Source: Camelus ferus
Taxonomy: Eukaryota
Direction: 5' to 3'
Length of the DNA: 64,000 nt
Assembly (NCBI RefSeq): GCF_009834535.1
Contig: NC_045697.1
Location: forward strand, 97,900,001-97,964,000
In this document: positions 1 through 12,618 of the stretch, one piece after another
Layout: every line of letters begins with the position of its first letter
Position numbering within the stretch: position 1 is the first letter of the stretch
Program-made: the position numbers and the translations under genes
Notes under the pieces: generated by a model
What the model saw: the letters and a program-made list of their open reading frames with translations, nothing else
What the model was told of the DNA's origin: nothing
The model's database searches: none

Positions 1-789
1 AAAGACACCAAGGACTGAACTATCAAACCAGACTCACTTGAATCAGAGTTTCACACTTTAGTAATAATTTTGAGTTTTAAATCAATCCATGGCACAGCCA
101 AAGCAAAGAGAAGCCTTGGATCCCTAGGGCAGCTCCCCTGGTGCTTTGTTGCCACATCAGAATACCTGCCAGCCCTGATTAATTACTAATTAATGCATGA
201 GATCAGTAATAATGTATGTGACTACACTACCTACACAAAAGAGACCTATTTAAATCACGAAATATCTTTATTTTATACCAAATAGGATTCATGACATTTC
301 CTAGAAGGCCATGCCCACATATCCATAGATTTCATTGCCCCCAGACCCACAGACTTCCATAAGGAATTGTTGACAGACCCAGTGCATCTGCTCAAAGCAT
401 TCCATAGATAAAAATAGACTCTCCCAACACTAAATACCACCAGTGTGTTTCCCAGGAGTTCTGTAATTGGAAGGTTTGTGAGAAGACTGACTGGGTCATC
501 TTCGTTCTTTCTTGGAGGCATTTTTTAGGTAAAGGGAGAGAATGGACTGAAGACCTGATGCTTAACCATTTCCTTCCTACTCAAGAAATTGTGTGTCCAC
601 TGACGCCGAGTTGAGTCCTAACTTCCATGCATCCACCAGTTAGGCAGCTAAGGTGAGAATGTATTACTGGCCAAGCATCATTCAAGATGTAGTTCCATAT
701 CTGGTCCAAGTTCAACAATCCCAGAGGAGCACTGAAAATGAAATCATACTGTCACCTGCAGGTTACCTATCCTATGGAGATCTAGGTTT

Positions 790-1115
790 TTGATGTCCAA
801 TAGAAGCCACTAGTCACGTGTTGAGTCCTCGAATGTGTCTTGCTCAAATTGAAATGTTCTGTAAGTATAAAATGTACACCAGATTTTGAAGACTTTAGTA
901 TCAGAAAAGGAATGTAAATTATTTTGTTAATAATTTTTATATTAACTACATTCTTAAATGAAAGTATTTTAGATATATTTTATTAAACAAAATATATCAT
1001 TAAAATTAATTTCACTATTCATTTTTATGTTTTTAACATGACTACATGAACATTTAAAATTACCTCTGTGGCTTGCTTTTTGTGATTCCCATTACTTTTC
1101 TACTGGGCTGCACTG
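790..1115. mobile_element. hAT-Charlie MITE, MER33/MER3-like
   Basis: Starts tgtccaatagaagccactagtcacgtg, has AT-rich internal ttttgaagactttagta...ttaaaattac, and ends in a degenerate TIR ctactgggctgcactg. Confidence 0.7.
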
Positions 1116-2592
1116 GTCTGAAATATCCTATTTGAAATACCCTTTGCCTGTTAAAGTTCAAAGCCTCTTTGTGATCTCTTCAAATTCCCAGATATTACAT
1201 TTCCATGGTACTTATGTCAAATATCTCCTCTATACACACTGTCTCCGTTTTGCTCTATATTAGCTCAGCCAAAAACTCATAACCTTTATCAGTTATTAAT
1301 TTTAAGGGAAGGATTTATAAATGTAGGAACATTATTGGCAATTTATGGGCCAGAGTTGCATCTTAAGATCCCCTGCATTCTCTTTGCTTTCTTTTTCCCT
1401 TTATTCTTTGATCATTCTTCCTTTTCCTCTCCTTTCTTTTCGGTAACAAAATTTCTCTCCCTTTATCCTGCAAAGCAGTTTAGTAAGCATCACATTTTGT
1501 TTAAGCATGCTTTTGAGGTCTGTCTCTCTCTCCCTGAAAATAGGCAAAGTTTCTCCTTAGGATGAAATCTCAGGAATAATTTTTTCCTCATCTTTTTACA
1601 CCTGCAATACAAAGATGAAAGCCACTGGAGAGATTTTTAGTGTGTTCCCAATCTAGAGGGGGATATAGGGACACTAAAACAAAAATGAAAATGCAATATG
1701 AAAAGTGCCACGATCAAGCACCGCACAAGATGCTGTAAGAACACAGGGAACCAACACCACTCACTGTTGATTACACAGATTAATAAGAGTAATCAGTAGC
1801 TGCATTGGTTTGGCTACATTCATGCTATGCCCTCGCCAAGGGATCACGGGACATTCATCATTCACTCTACCTCAACTTCTCTACTATAGAGATTTGCAAA
1901 TTTTAAATACAATTTCATAACAAAGCCCCTCATTTAAATAAAACCTTATGGAGAAATGCAAACCTATGACTCAAATAAAAGCATAGTTACTCTGATCTTG
2001 GTGAGAGGTGTGGAGTCCCATTGATTCACTCCTCTCTGCTATTGGGAAATGCAGTAACCCTCAGGGGTACTTTGAGGAGCACAGTGTAAAAACCATTGCT
2101 CAGTTGCCTGGGCTCCCAAGAATCTCTGTTCCACCAATTTTCCATTTCTGACAAATCCTCCTCAGTCAACATGTAGGGCTGCTCTTTCAAACACCCCTAA
2201 TACCAGCTTCCTGTTGTGTTTCTCACTCTCAGTCTCTCCTGATGTGTTTCCATCCAACATGGCTTCAACTCCGCTTCCTAACGGCTGAAAACATCCAAAT
2301 TTAAACTCCCAACACAATTTTCATCTAAGCTGCAGGTTCAGATAGCAACACACCTGCTAGATAGCTAGACATCTCCTGTCGGCTTGAAGTTCCACGGGCT
2401 CCTCAAACTCTCCACGCTCCACACCTCACACCTGAATGATTCTTCCTTCACTATGCCTCATGTCAGTCGATGACATCTTTCTTAAAGTCAGCTAAGTTAA
2501 ATACGTGGGAATGCTTTACTTTCTCTTTCACTCATCCCACACTCTCTCCATAAATTACCAAGTCCTTGTAAATATTTTTTCAGCACGTCCTG

Positions 2593-3066
2593 TGTGGTAG
2601 ACAGAATAACGGCCCTTTAAAGATACTTCCAGCCTAATCCCCCAAACCTGTGAATATGTTACCTTATATGGCCAGAGGGACTTTGTAGATGTGATTCAGT
2701 TAAGGATGTTGAGATGAGGAGACCATCTCATATTCTCTGGGTGAGCCAACCCCAGTGTGATCATAGTTTTTATAAGAGGTAGGCAGGAGGGTTACAGTCA
2801 GAGATGTGATAACAGATACAGAAATCAGAGTGATGCAAAGAAGAGAGAACGAGCCAGGGAATGCAGGAAATCTGGAAAAGGCAAAGAAACAAATTCTTCC
2901 CTAAAGCAAGCAGATGGAACATAGTTTTGCTGAAGCCTTAATTTTAGCCCTATTCTATGACCCATTTCAGACTTCTGATCTCCAGAACTGTAGGATAATG
3001 CATCTGTGTTGTTTTTAAGCCATTAAGTATGTAGTGATTTATCATCACAGCAATAGGACCAATACA
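2593..3066 (+). mobile_element. MaLR solo LTR, MLT1C/D-like
   Basis: tgtggtagacagaataacggccc...cctgtgaatatgttacctta...ttttaagccattaagt...cagcaataggaccaataca; typical MLT1 termini. Confidence 0.85.
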
Positions 3067-3335
3067 CCCCTTGTATCAGTCTCTATGTCCACCACCCTGG
3101 CTTGGTTCTTGTCATGTCTTGCCTAGAACACTGTCACAACCTCTTTATTGTAGCACTTCTTACATGGTTCTCTAGAATTCAGTCTCTACTCACCACAGGG
3201 TTTTCTGAAAGCTTACCTTCCAACGAGTCATATAAAGATTTCTCACCAAGGCTGATGTATTCCCATATGGCTTGACCTTTGGCTACTTCTCCAGCTTTAT
3301 GCCTTTATTCCTGCCTCAAACACCATTTGAGGTCC

Positions 3336-3850
3336 TGTAACAGAGAAGAACAAACCTGACTCCATATTGGATCTATTCCTTTAGCTATAACCCTTGTGCT
3401 CTGTTGCCTGTGCTGAGTCATGCTGGCTCTGTACCTTTGTAGAATAAAGTTGCCTATAGCCTGAAATACAGGACAGCCCATTTTCAAGGCTCTCATCTTT
3501 AAAGGTGTAACACTTTTCCATTCACATAGGGATAAACAGTTGCAGAACAGAGAATAATATTTGTCTTGTTGGAGATTTATAGGAACATTGTGACCAAACC
3601 TACATGGGCAGTTGCAAAAACAAAGATTTTGAGCACCAAGATGTTTGCAACAACCAGCACACCCCCTCCCCTTTTAGTATAAAAGAATTCTGAATTCTGA
3701 CTTGGGTAAGATGGTTTTTTGGGACATCAATCAACCGTCTTCTCAGTCTGCTGGCTTTCTGAATAAGGTCACTATTCCCGCCCCAGCAACTCATCTCTTG
3801 ATTTATTGGCCTGTCGTGTGAAGAGCAGTACAACTTTGGACTCACTAACA
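3336..3850 (+). mobile_element. ERV1-like solo LTR (515 bp)
   Basis: TG...CA termini (tgtaacagag...ctcactaaca), gactccatattggat 5' motif, TATA-like tataaaa at ~3678, gaataaggtc polyA-like signal, imperfect 4-bp TSD gtcc/ttcc. Confidence 0.8.
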
Positions 3851-5481
3851 TTCCCTGTGCACTCTGCACAATTTCTTCCTCCTTGGCGTTGTACACGTTG
3901 CATCCCCCAGCCGGAATGCTTTCCACAACCCCAACCCTCTCTTACTTCTTTAGCCTGGTGAGACTTCAATGCTCATTTATTACTCATCCCTCCAATATCT
4001 CATCTCTATTCCCCTGAGGTATGATTATGTTTTAGTATTAAATGCACCCAGAAGACCCCATGCCTGCTTCTGTTGGGCCCTTATAATACTGTCTTATATC
4101 TGTCTATGGGTCTCTTTTTTATTGGTTACCTGAGGAAAACAGTGCTTTATCTTCGAGTACACAACACTCAACCTGGCATATAGTAGTTGCTTATCATTTG
4201 TTGAATGAATTAAGTTATCGAATTAAACTACAATTAAAATATTGTCCATCTATAAAAAGATCAGTTTCAAACAAAGGGAAGGGACTAATTTCACCGCAAA
4301 TTGGAATAATATTGAGCAACTGTGATAGGAACATATGTCACAAGTGAAAGAAATTTTAACGCATGTTGTAAAACATCACAATTCATTCTGTTGTTTATAA
4401 CCTGGAAAATTCATCTAAGACAGGAAATATTGTGTAAAGGAAATCAGGGTTGCAATGGTAAATGTGCAGTTGAAAAGTATAAATTACCTTTGCATTGGTA
4501 TGATACAGATAAGACTCGTATTTGGTCAATGAAGGAAAAGATTTTATAGGACAAAGCAGTCATTTAGAATCTATATTCATATTGGAACTCAAATCAAAAT
4601 CTTTGGAATGATCTTCTATTGCCACATTTATCTTACTATGTAGCTGAAAAGTTAATAAGCCCATCTCAAGGCTTCTTTTTGTTGCTTCATTTGCTACAGA
4701 GTTAAAGGAAAATTGTGGAGAATATCTTATGATTCATGTGATATATTTATTTGAATATTATACTACCTGGAAACTTGATTATTAGGTCAAAAATTTTGTC
4801 AGGCAAGCTGAGAAGTGAGAAAGTTTGTTCTATGCTTCATTTTTCTCTGAAATCTAGAAAACTGTTGTGAATTCCCTGGATAATGAAGCAGAGGACTGTG
4901 GTAGCCCAGGAGTGAGATGGATGTCTCTTGCTAACAAGGCAAACCAAAGATCCTCTATTCTTCTTTGTTTTTTTATGGGCCTCTGTCTTTTACGGGCCTC
5001 AGATGCATAAATAGCTAAAGAAATGTGTGGTAATTTACAACATGTATTGACAATTATTTCATTAGTACACACACTTCTATTATAGCTCCTCAGCATCACT
5101 TTGATTTCCTGTTAAATAATCCCCCTTCTATTCTAAAAACTGATTTGAATTGAACACATCATTATTGCAATATTACGGTTAATTTGTTAAAAACTATTTT
5201 CTTTTGAAAATACCACTAAGCAGTTTCTCAGTTCATGATCCTTCACCTTGATCAGCCCGTGCAGTCCCTCTCCTGGTTTCGTCACTGTCGTTGTGTTGTT
5301 ATTGTTGTTAACTTCCCCCTATATCCACATCACCGTTCGCCTTGCCTTCCAAATTTCCCGCTTAGAATGCTTTAGCTGTCACCTAAAAATGCTGGCTTGT
5401 GGCTTTCTTCATTATCATGTAGTTCTAAGTATTCTGTAATTTTTTTTTTTTTACCTAAGAGTTTCTTAGCAGTCTCTTTTT

Positions 5482-6311
5482 ATTTTTAAAACATTTTTTA
5501 TTGAGTTATAGTCATTTTACAATGTTGTGTCAAATTCCAATGTAGAGCACAATTTTTCAGTTATACATGAACATACATATATTCATGGTCACTTTTTTTT
5601 CACTGTGAGCTAGCACAAGATCTTGTATGTATTTACCTGTGCTATACAGTATAATCTTATTTATCTATTCTACATATGTCTGTCAGTATCTACAAATTTT
5701 GAAATCCCAGTCTGTCTCTCCCCACCCCCTGCCCCCTTGGCAACCACGTTTGTATTCTATGTCTATGAGTCTGTTTTCTGTTCTGTACTTATGTTCTTTA
5801 TTTTTTTTTAGGTTCCACATATGAGCGATCTCATACGGTATTTTTCTTTCTCTTTCTGGCTTACTTCACTTAGAATGGCATTCTCCAGGAACATCCATGT
5901 TGCTGCAAATGGCGTTATGTTGTCATTTTTATAGCTGAATAGTATTCCATTGTATAAATATACCACTTCTTCTTTATCGAGTCATCTGTTAATGGACATT
6001 TAGGCTGCTTCCATGCTTTGGCTATTGTAAATAGTGCTGCTATGAACATTGGGGTGCAGGTGTCTTTTTGAAGTAGGGTTCCTTCTGGATATATGCCCAG
6101 GAGTGGGATTACTGGGTCATATGGTAAGTTTATTCCTAGTCTTTTGAGGAATCTCCACACTGTTTTCCACAGTAGCTGCACCAAATTGCATTCCCACAGG
6201 CAGTGTAGGAGGGTTCCCTTTTCTCCACAGCTTTTCCAGCATTTGTCATTTGTGGACTTTTGAATGATGGCCGTTCTGACTGGTGTGAGGTGATACCTCA
6301 TCGTAGTTTTG
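5482..6311 (-). mobile_element. Young 5'-truncated L1 (ORF2 C-terminus plus 3'UTR) with perfect TSD
   Basis: ORF 5915..6301 is the L1 ORF2 C-terminus with the cysteine-rich knuckle [18 protein letters not shown]. Identical 16-bp TSD ttagcagtctcttttt at 5466-5481 and 6312-6327, matching a TT/AAAA endonuclease site. Confidence 0.95.
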
Positions 6312-7157
6312 TTAGCAGTCTCTTTTTAAGATTACAGACATACACACCTCTTAAAGCACTCCTTTAATGGTTAATTTTTAATTTTACTCTATTATTGTCA
6401 TAGTCTCCAAGATATTGATTGCTTGAGATTTGATTGGCTTTCATTGAGTCCCAATAAGAACTCAATTCTTGTGGCTGGTCCATGGGTGCTCAAAAATAAT
6501 ATTTACTTATTGGGTATTAAATACATATATGTATATATACATATATACAATTTTATGTATAATTAATTAGATATATAGAATTGTGATTTTCTAACATTCT
6601 GTATGTTCCTGTCTTGTGTGTTTGACCTAACCAATTTCTGAGGAAGTGTTAGCATTTCCAACTAAAATTGGTAATTCATCCAAATCTCCCTGTTGTTATG
6701 TCCACTGCTCACCCCCACTTTGCCTCTATTTAAAAAAAAAAAAAATTTAAAACCAAGAAACCCAGAGGAATGTGGAATTGTTAATTAGAAGTAAAATCAT
6801 TTTTACAAGCTATGGCCTCAGGGCAGGGTTGTAGAAGTGAGGCCTGTAATTTGACTTGAATTGCCTTCCTATTCGCAGGATTTTCCAGTGGTGAGAACCT
6901 GGCAAATTATACCTCTACTCTTAACATTTCCCCACAGCTGGATAAGGCACTGTCCACGTGTGCACCATCCAGTCTGCCCTGTGACCTACGGGAATCCCAA
7001 AGGACCAGCAAAACTCATCATCAATCCTTCCCATCAGTTCTCCTACCGACGGAGGTTTCCTCTGCTTTTGCCTAGTAAACAAAGAAGATTCAGTACTTAT
7101 GAATAGACTGAAAATAAAACATTTGGTGGTTGGAGAATAGGAATAATTTTTAAATGC

Positions 7158-7691
7158 TTTTATTTAAAGACATCTAAAATGTGCCAGACACTTACCACGT
7201 GACTTCGGACAAACTGCTTGATTCCAACTTGCCTCATAAAGTTGTCATGAAGATTCAATGAGTTAGTAAATAGTGCTTAGAACAGGGCTAAAGGCATGTA
7301 GTATGTCTTCGTTAAACATTAGTTATTTTTATCTAATTGCTGGCTGCATTTCACTCTTCCTCCTCGTTCCAATTTCTTGATTTAGTCATGATTTATGTGA
7401 ATGGGTGTCTGCGTATGTGAGGGGTGTGTGTGTGTGTGTTTCTGGAGAAAACCTTTTGTAGTTAGTACTAGCTCCAGGAATTCTGCCTCCTCAAAACCCT
7501 TCACGCATTCAGTTGTGCAGGAACCTGAACGCCACGCTTGGATTCTGCTCGTGGTTGGTTAGTAAATAGCACAAACTATTTACTAACTCATTGAATCTTC
7601 ATGACAACTTTATGAGGCAAGTTGGAATTAAGCAGTTTGTCCAAAGTCATGTGGTATGTGTCTGGCACATTTTAGATGCCTTTAAATAAAA
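7158..7691. repeat. 117-bp inverted repeat pair (7158-7274 and 7575-7691), 300-bp spacer
   Basis: Manual alignment of arm 1 with the reverse complement of arm 2 gives 112/117 identity with no gaps. Confidence 0.95.
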
Positions 7692-7749
7692 ATTTGCGTT
7701 TTTGTCTGAGTTTTCCTCTTGATCGGAAGAGATGCACAAACTCAGGCAT

Positions 7750-8005
7750 TGTAGAGAGGCGGCCAGTATAGGGAAGAAGAGATAAATGACAGGGTCACAC
7801 AGAGACAGAGATGAGAAATGGAGAGAGCGTTGCCTAGCTTCCTGTAGCTTCCAGTGCCAGACCTGGGGCCCTTTCTGAGGCCAGGCTGCATTCCTGACAA
7901 ATGGGCCTTTGAGCCATGGCTCTATCCATATCATAGTCCCTCTTTTGCTTCCGTTACTTGAACTGGTTTCTGTTACTTGCATCTAAAAGTGTCCTAAACA
8001 ATATA
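7750..8005 (+). mobile_element. Old MaLR LTR fragment (MLT1K/L-like 3' part)
   Basis: Ends ttgaactggtttctgttacttgcatctaaaagtgtcctaaacaata, matching old MLT1 3' ends. Confidence 0.6.
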
Positions 8006-10526
8006 ATATAATATACCACAACAACCTTGGTAAGGCTGAAACATGCTTATTAAAGGTGGGATTGTGTCTTTGATGGCTTCCAGGATCAGGAGATAGAAGA
8101 GGAATCACTGTTTGACATCCTTTCATTTACCACAGACCTGAAACCAGAAAGCCCAGAATGGCTGTCGACTTGACCAAAATATGAGAACTCGAGCATGACA
8201 TCAGTGGAAGTATTCTGAAACTACAGTATACTGTCATCATCCAAAACAGACATCCAGCTTCAATCCCGAGTCCTGGCAGGTGCCCCTGTTCTTTCCCTGC
8301 TCAGTCCCCCTGCCTTGTTCCATTTCCCACCCAGCTCATCAAGCTCGCTCCCTGGGGGACACTCTTCTCTTTTCACATCCCCTCCAATGGAAAGCCATTA
8401 AGTCACATCATCTTCAACTGCCAATCTTATCCACCCATTTAATCAAAGAGTATGTTGAGTAGTTGACATTTTCCAGGTACCATGCTTAAGTCAAACTGTG
8501 TATACAAAATGCAAAAGAGATGTTTTCTGAACCCATGAAGGTGCATTTCTATGCAGCATACTCTTAAGTGTGAAGGGCTGGGGAAAGAGGAGAGGGTTCC
8601 TTCCCATAGCTGATGTTTACTTCCATGCAGAAGGCACTGTGCTAGGGAAACACTCTTAGCCTCATTCTAGATGAGTAGTGTCTTACTCTTACTGGTGAGT
8701 TTGGAAAGAAAAAAAAAAAAAAAAAGCTGAGTGTTTGTGTTTTCTCTCTTGGGAGCCATCCTGACCTCAGAGGGCATTAATTCTGCTATGCCGCTCCACA
8801 TCTTAAATTTTATAGAGTCAGAGACCCACGGGAAAGAGGCCTCAAATGGTACAAGACTGCCTGCAGTGAGAGGAGTAAATCTCCCTAACCCTAGGGTTCA
8901 ATGTTACAAAACCCACCTGCCCATGGCTATGAATCACATTCTTCTCCCTTAGCTGCATCAGCAATAATGGCGATATTTTGTTCTCCTATCTGTCTTATAA
9001 TTTTGACTTATGCCTTAATTGATTTATAATTCAAGTGGGGAAGAGAGGTGTTATTTACAAGCCTCCCCAAGAAAGTTGATGCTGCGTATCTCAAACCCTT
9101 TCCTCTCACCTGAGCTCTTGCCCTCTAATCTAAGGATCAGAGAATGTCTCCAGATGGAATTTTCAGTACGTCAAATTGAGCGCATCCCAAATGGAAATGT
9201 GCTCCAACCGCTTCGTACCAGGAAACCAGGCGTTTACCACCAAGCATGCGTGTTAAGTCCATGCATTCAGGCTTGACAGCATGAGGTCACCTATGACTCC
9301 TCCTCTGAATCCTCTATAGTAAGTCAGGCACAAAGTCTGGTTTCTCCTCCAAAATTTCTCATTCATCTGCCCTTTTAGCTCCAATCCCAGTCTAGACTTC
9401 TTCACAGCTGTTTACTGCAAAAGCTTGTCAGCTAGATTTTGCTGATCCCAGAGTTTTCCTCATAAACTCTAGCAGAGCTGACAACCCTGTTCCGTTGCCA
9501 CTCTGACTGTATGACTCCCTTCAGAAATGCCCTCAGCAGCTTCCATCTTCAGATCAAACTCATTTTCCTGATTCAAAGGCACCACTGTAAGTGGACGTGA
9601 TACAATCAACCTCTCTGTATTTACTACCCTTGACTCTACTCAGCCTTAACTCTTTTATTAACTAAAAGCATAGTGTGCTTTTAGTTCCTGCCTTTCATCA
9701 AATTGTAAACCACACACACATCATCATCATCCAAAATCAGCTTCGACTCTCTTGACCATCTCCTCCAAATGTTTAAGGTCAAATGCAAAGCCCAACACAC
9801 ATTTTCACAGTTAATCACACATTGTATTCAATTGTGTGTTCCTGTGGTTTATTACAAATTCTTCTTTATCCAAGCTGAATTACTGTGAGTTCTTTGGGCT
9901 GAAGAATCATGGTACATTTCCCATACCATAAAGCTCATTGTTAATCATATAGCTGATACAAAATAAACATTTAATGACTGATTAACTTATAAATCAAGTA
10001 ACTGTATTTACCTGAGAGATGCTTTGATTCAACAGTCTGAAATTTCAGAGGGATTTGATAATCAGAATTTCTACCCTGACCTCTCTAACTTTCTCTGTTG
10101 CCTGAGGCAAGCCATTTTAACTATTTTTGTTAATCCAAAAATGGAAGTAAGACTTGTCATCTGTTTTATTCATAGACAATGGTGAGGAGTATCCTAGTCA
10201 ATGCAAAGCACATGGCTAATACAAAGTTTAATAAAAATGATAAATAACATCTATTACAAAATTGAACCATTGTTCAATTTCTTCTGCCCTTTCAGTCCTC
10301 TGATTCAATACTCTCTCGCTGAAATCTGAGAGCTTTAATTTGAGAAAGTGTTTTACTAATAATCATAGACTTTCTACATTAACCTTTTCATATCATTAGG
10401 CACAACTGGATGATATCAAATTATTCTTTTAAGGAAATCAATATATCACTATAAGTGCATAAGAGAAACATCTAGTTAATGGAACTTCAGGATAGGGGAA
10501 CTTGGGTATCAAAAACTGTATCAGAG

Positions 10527-12618
10527 CGAAATGGCAAAATGGATAGTTCCTGACTTCAGTTCCCCTCACAGAAAGAGCAACTAGCAATTAACCCCAGGTA
10601 AGATGCTTTTGTGAAGATACCAAGAAACCAGAACATGGGGGTGAGGCTGAAGCATCCCTTTGAGCCAAAAAAAAAAAAAAAAAAAAACAACCACACACAT
10701 TAGAAGGGTAGGAAGGATGGTTTTCCTTTGACCATGTCTCCCCTTCCCCAGGCCAGTATACCACCAACCTAGCAGGTCCTCCCTGGCCTATAGTTTCTCC
10801 AGTGGAGAGATCCAGGTGGACACCCAGCTTCCTCAGCATTCCAGAAGGCTTCCCAGGAAATCCATGTAGGTATGGCCTCACAGGGATAACTGGGGGAATC
10901 AGCTAGAGATGGAGAAGAGGAACAGAGCTCGCAATTACCAGTGCATAGATCCTGGCAGACAACATTTCTGCTGGCAGTGCGTCTGACCTCAGATCTCAGC
11001 CAGCGGCTCTGCCCATCCGCAGACCCAAGATGGTGGCCCTGTCTGGCCAGAGAGCTTAGTAGGAAGTCCTGCCTGGTTTGGGTGTACAGCCAGCAGGCTG
11101 CCCCAATGGCAGAATCCATTCTCCAAAACTGCCAGGACAGTGAAGCAAGTCAGCAGCTCCACTCAACTGCTAGGCCTGGCCTCTAGCCCCGCCTGACTAG
11201 CAAAACCAGCCAGAGACTCTGGGCACTTGTGAAGCTCATGCTGGTTGCCCAGCTGAGGCCAAGAGCCAAGCTGGCAGCCCAGCCCAACTGCAGAACATAA
11301 CTTTGAGCCCCGTCTGCAAGGGAGCCCAAACCATGAGCCTAGGCAGCCTCAAGCCGAGCCTACAATAATGCCTAACTGCTGAGCACAGCAAGCAGCCTCT
11401 TCCAGGCAGAGAGCCCAGCCAGTAACCTTGCCCAATCATGGAACATACCCGTGGCCCCACCTAACCAGGAAGCTTGGACAGCAACACTTAGCGACCACGG
11501 ATCACAGCCTCCAGCCCCACCCAACTGCAAGGTACAGCTGGTGGCCCTGCTCAACCAGGGGTCCCAGCCAGAGACCTCGCCTTAGAATAGAGCCAACCAG
11601 CTTGATCACAGGCTACAGCCCAGCCTAAATACAGAGTCCCGCCAGGGGCCCCCTCCAGCTGGGAAGCACAGCCTGATGAATACAGATACAAAAATTCCAA
11701 AAAACAAAACCAAAAAAACTCTAGCAAACCAAAATCAACATTAGAAGGACTGCACAAAATCACCAAATGGGATTTATTTCTGGAATGTAAAGATGGTAAG
11801 ATATATACAAATCAATACATGTGATTCATCACATTAATAGAATGAAAGATAAAAATCATGATCTTTTCAATAGACGCAGAAAAAGCATTTGCCAAAACAG
11901 AACATCCTTTCAGGATAAAAACTCTCAACAAGCTGAGCATAGAAGGAATATCCCTCAACATGATGAAGGTCATAGACAGCAAACCCACAGCTAACATCAT
12001 CCCTAACTGGAAGTTTGTATGTTTTTCCTCTAAGACGAAGAACAAGACAAGAGGGCTACTCTCACCACTCCTACTCAACATAGTAACAGAAGTCCTAGTC
12101 AGAGCAGTTAGATAAGAAACAGAAATAAAAGGAACCCAGATCAGAAAGGAAGAAGTAAAATTGTCTTCTGTTGCAGCTGACATGATCATTTATTTAGTGA
12201 ACTATAGATATTCCACCAAAAAATGACTACACAAATATTCTCTGATCTCGCTTGTATGTAGGAACTAAAAAGTCGAATTCATAGAAAGTGGATTGGTGGC
12301 TACCAGGGGCTGAAGGGTGAGGGGAATGAGGAGATGGTCAAAGGGTAGAAGTTTTCTGTTATAAAATGAATACATTCCGTGGATGTAATACACAGCATGG
12401 TGACTTAGTTAACAGTACTGTGTTGTGTATACACTTGAAATTTGTTAATAGGTTTTAAATGTTGTCTCCATAGAAAAAATGTAACTGTGTGTGGTGACGG
12501 ATGAGCTAACTAGCCTTAATGTGGTAATCATTTCACAATACGTACATTTATCGAGTCATCACATTGTACTAAACTCACACAATATTATTTGTCAGTTATA
12601 TCTCAATAAAGCTGGGGG
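10527..12618 (+). mobile_element. Internally deleted L1 (5'UTR + ~550 bp ORF2 RT fragment + L1MA9/10-like 3'UTR) with 15-bp TSD
   Basis: TSD aaaactgtatcagag at 10512-10526 and 12619-12633. ORF 11858..12115 (SIDAEKAF...LSPLLLNIVTEVLVRAVR) is L1 reverse transcriptase. 3' end tatctcaataaagctggggg. Confidence 0.9.

Larger units (their letters stand above)
2150..4213 (+). mobile_element. Degenerate L2 LINE interrupted by two LTRs
   Basis: Pyrimidine-rich L2-type sequence at 2150-2590, 3070-3335 and 3851-4213, ending with the L2 3' tail ctggcatatagtagttgcttatcatttgttgaatgaat. Confidence 0.6.

Noticed and set aside
10588..11766. Cluster of overlapping GC-rich ORFs
   Set aside because: They lie within an L1 5'UTR; ORF density reflects GC content and the products resemble no known protein.
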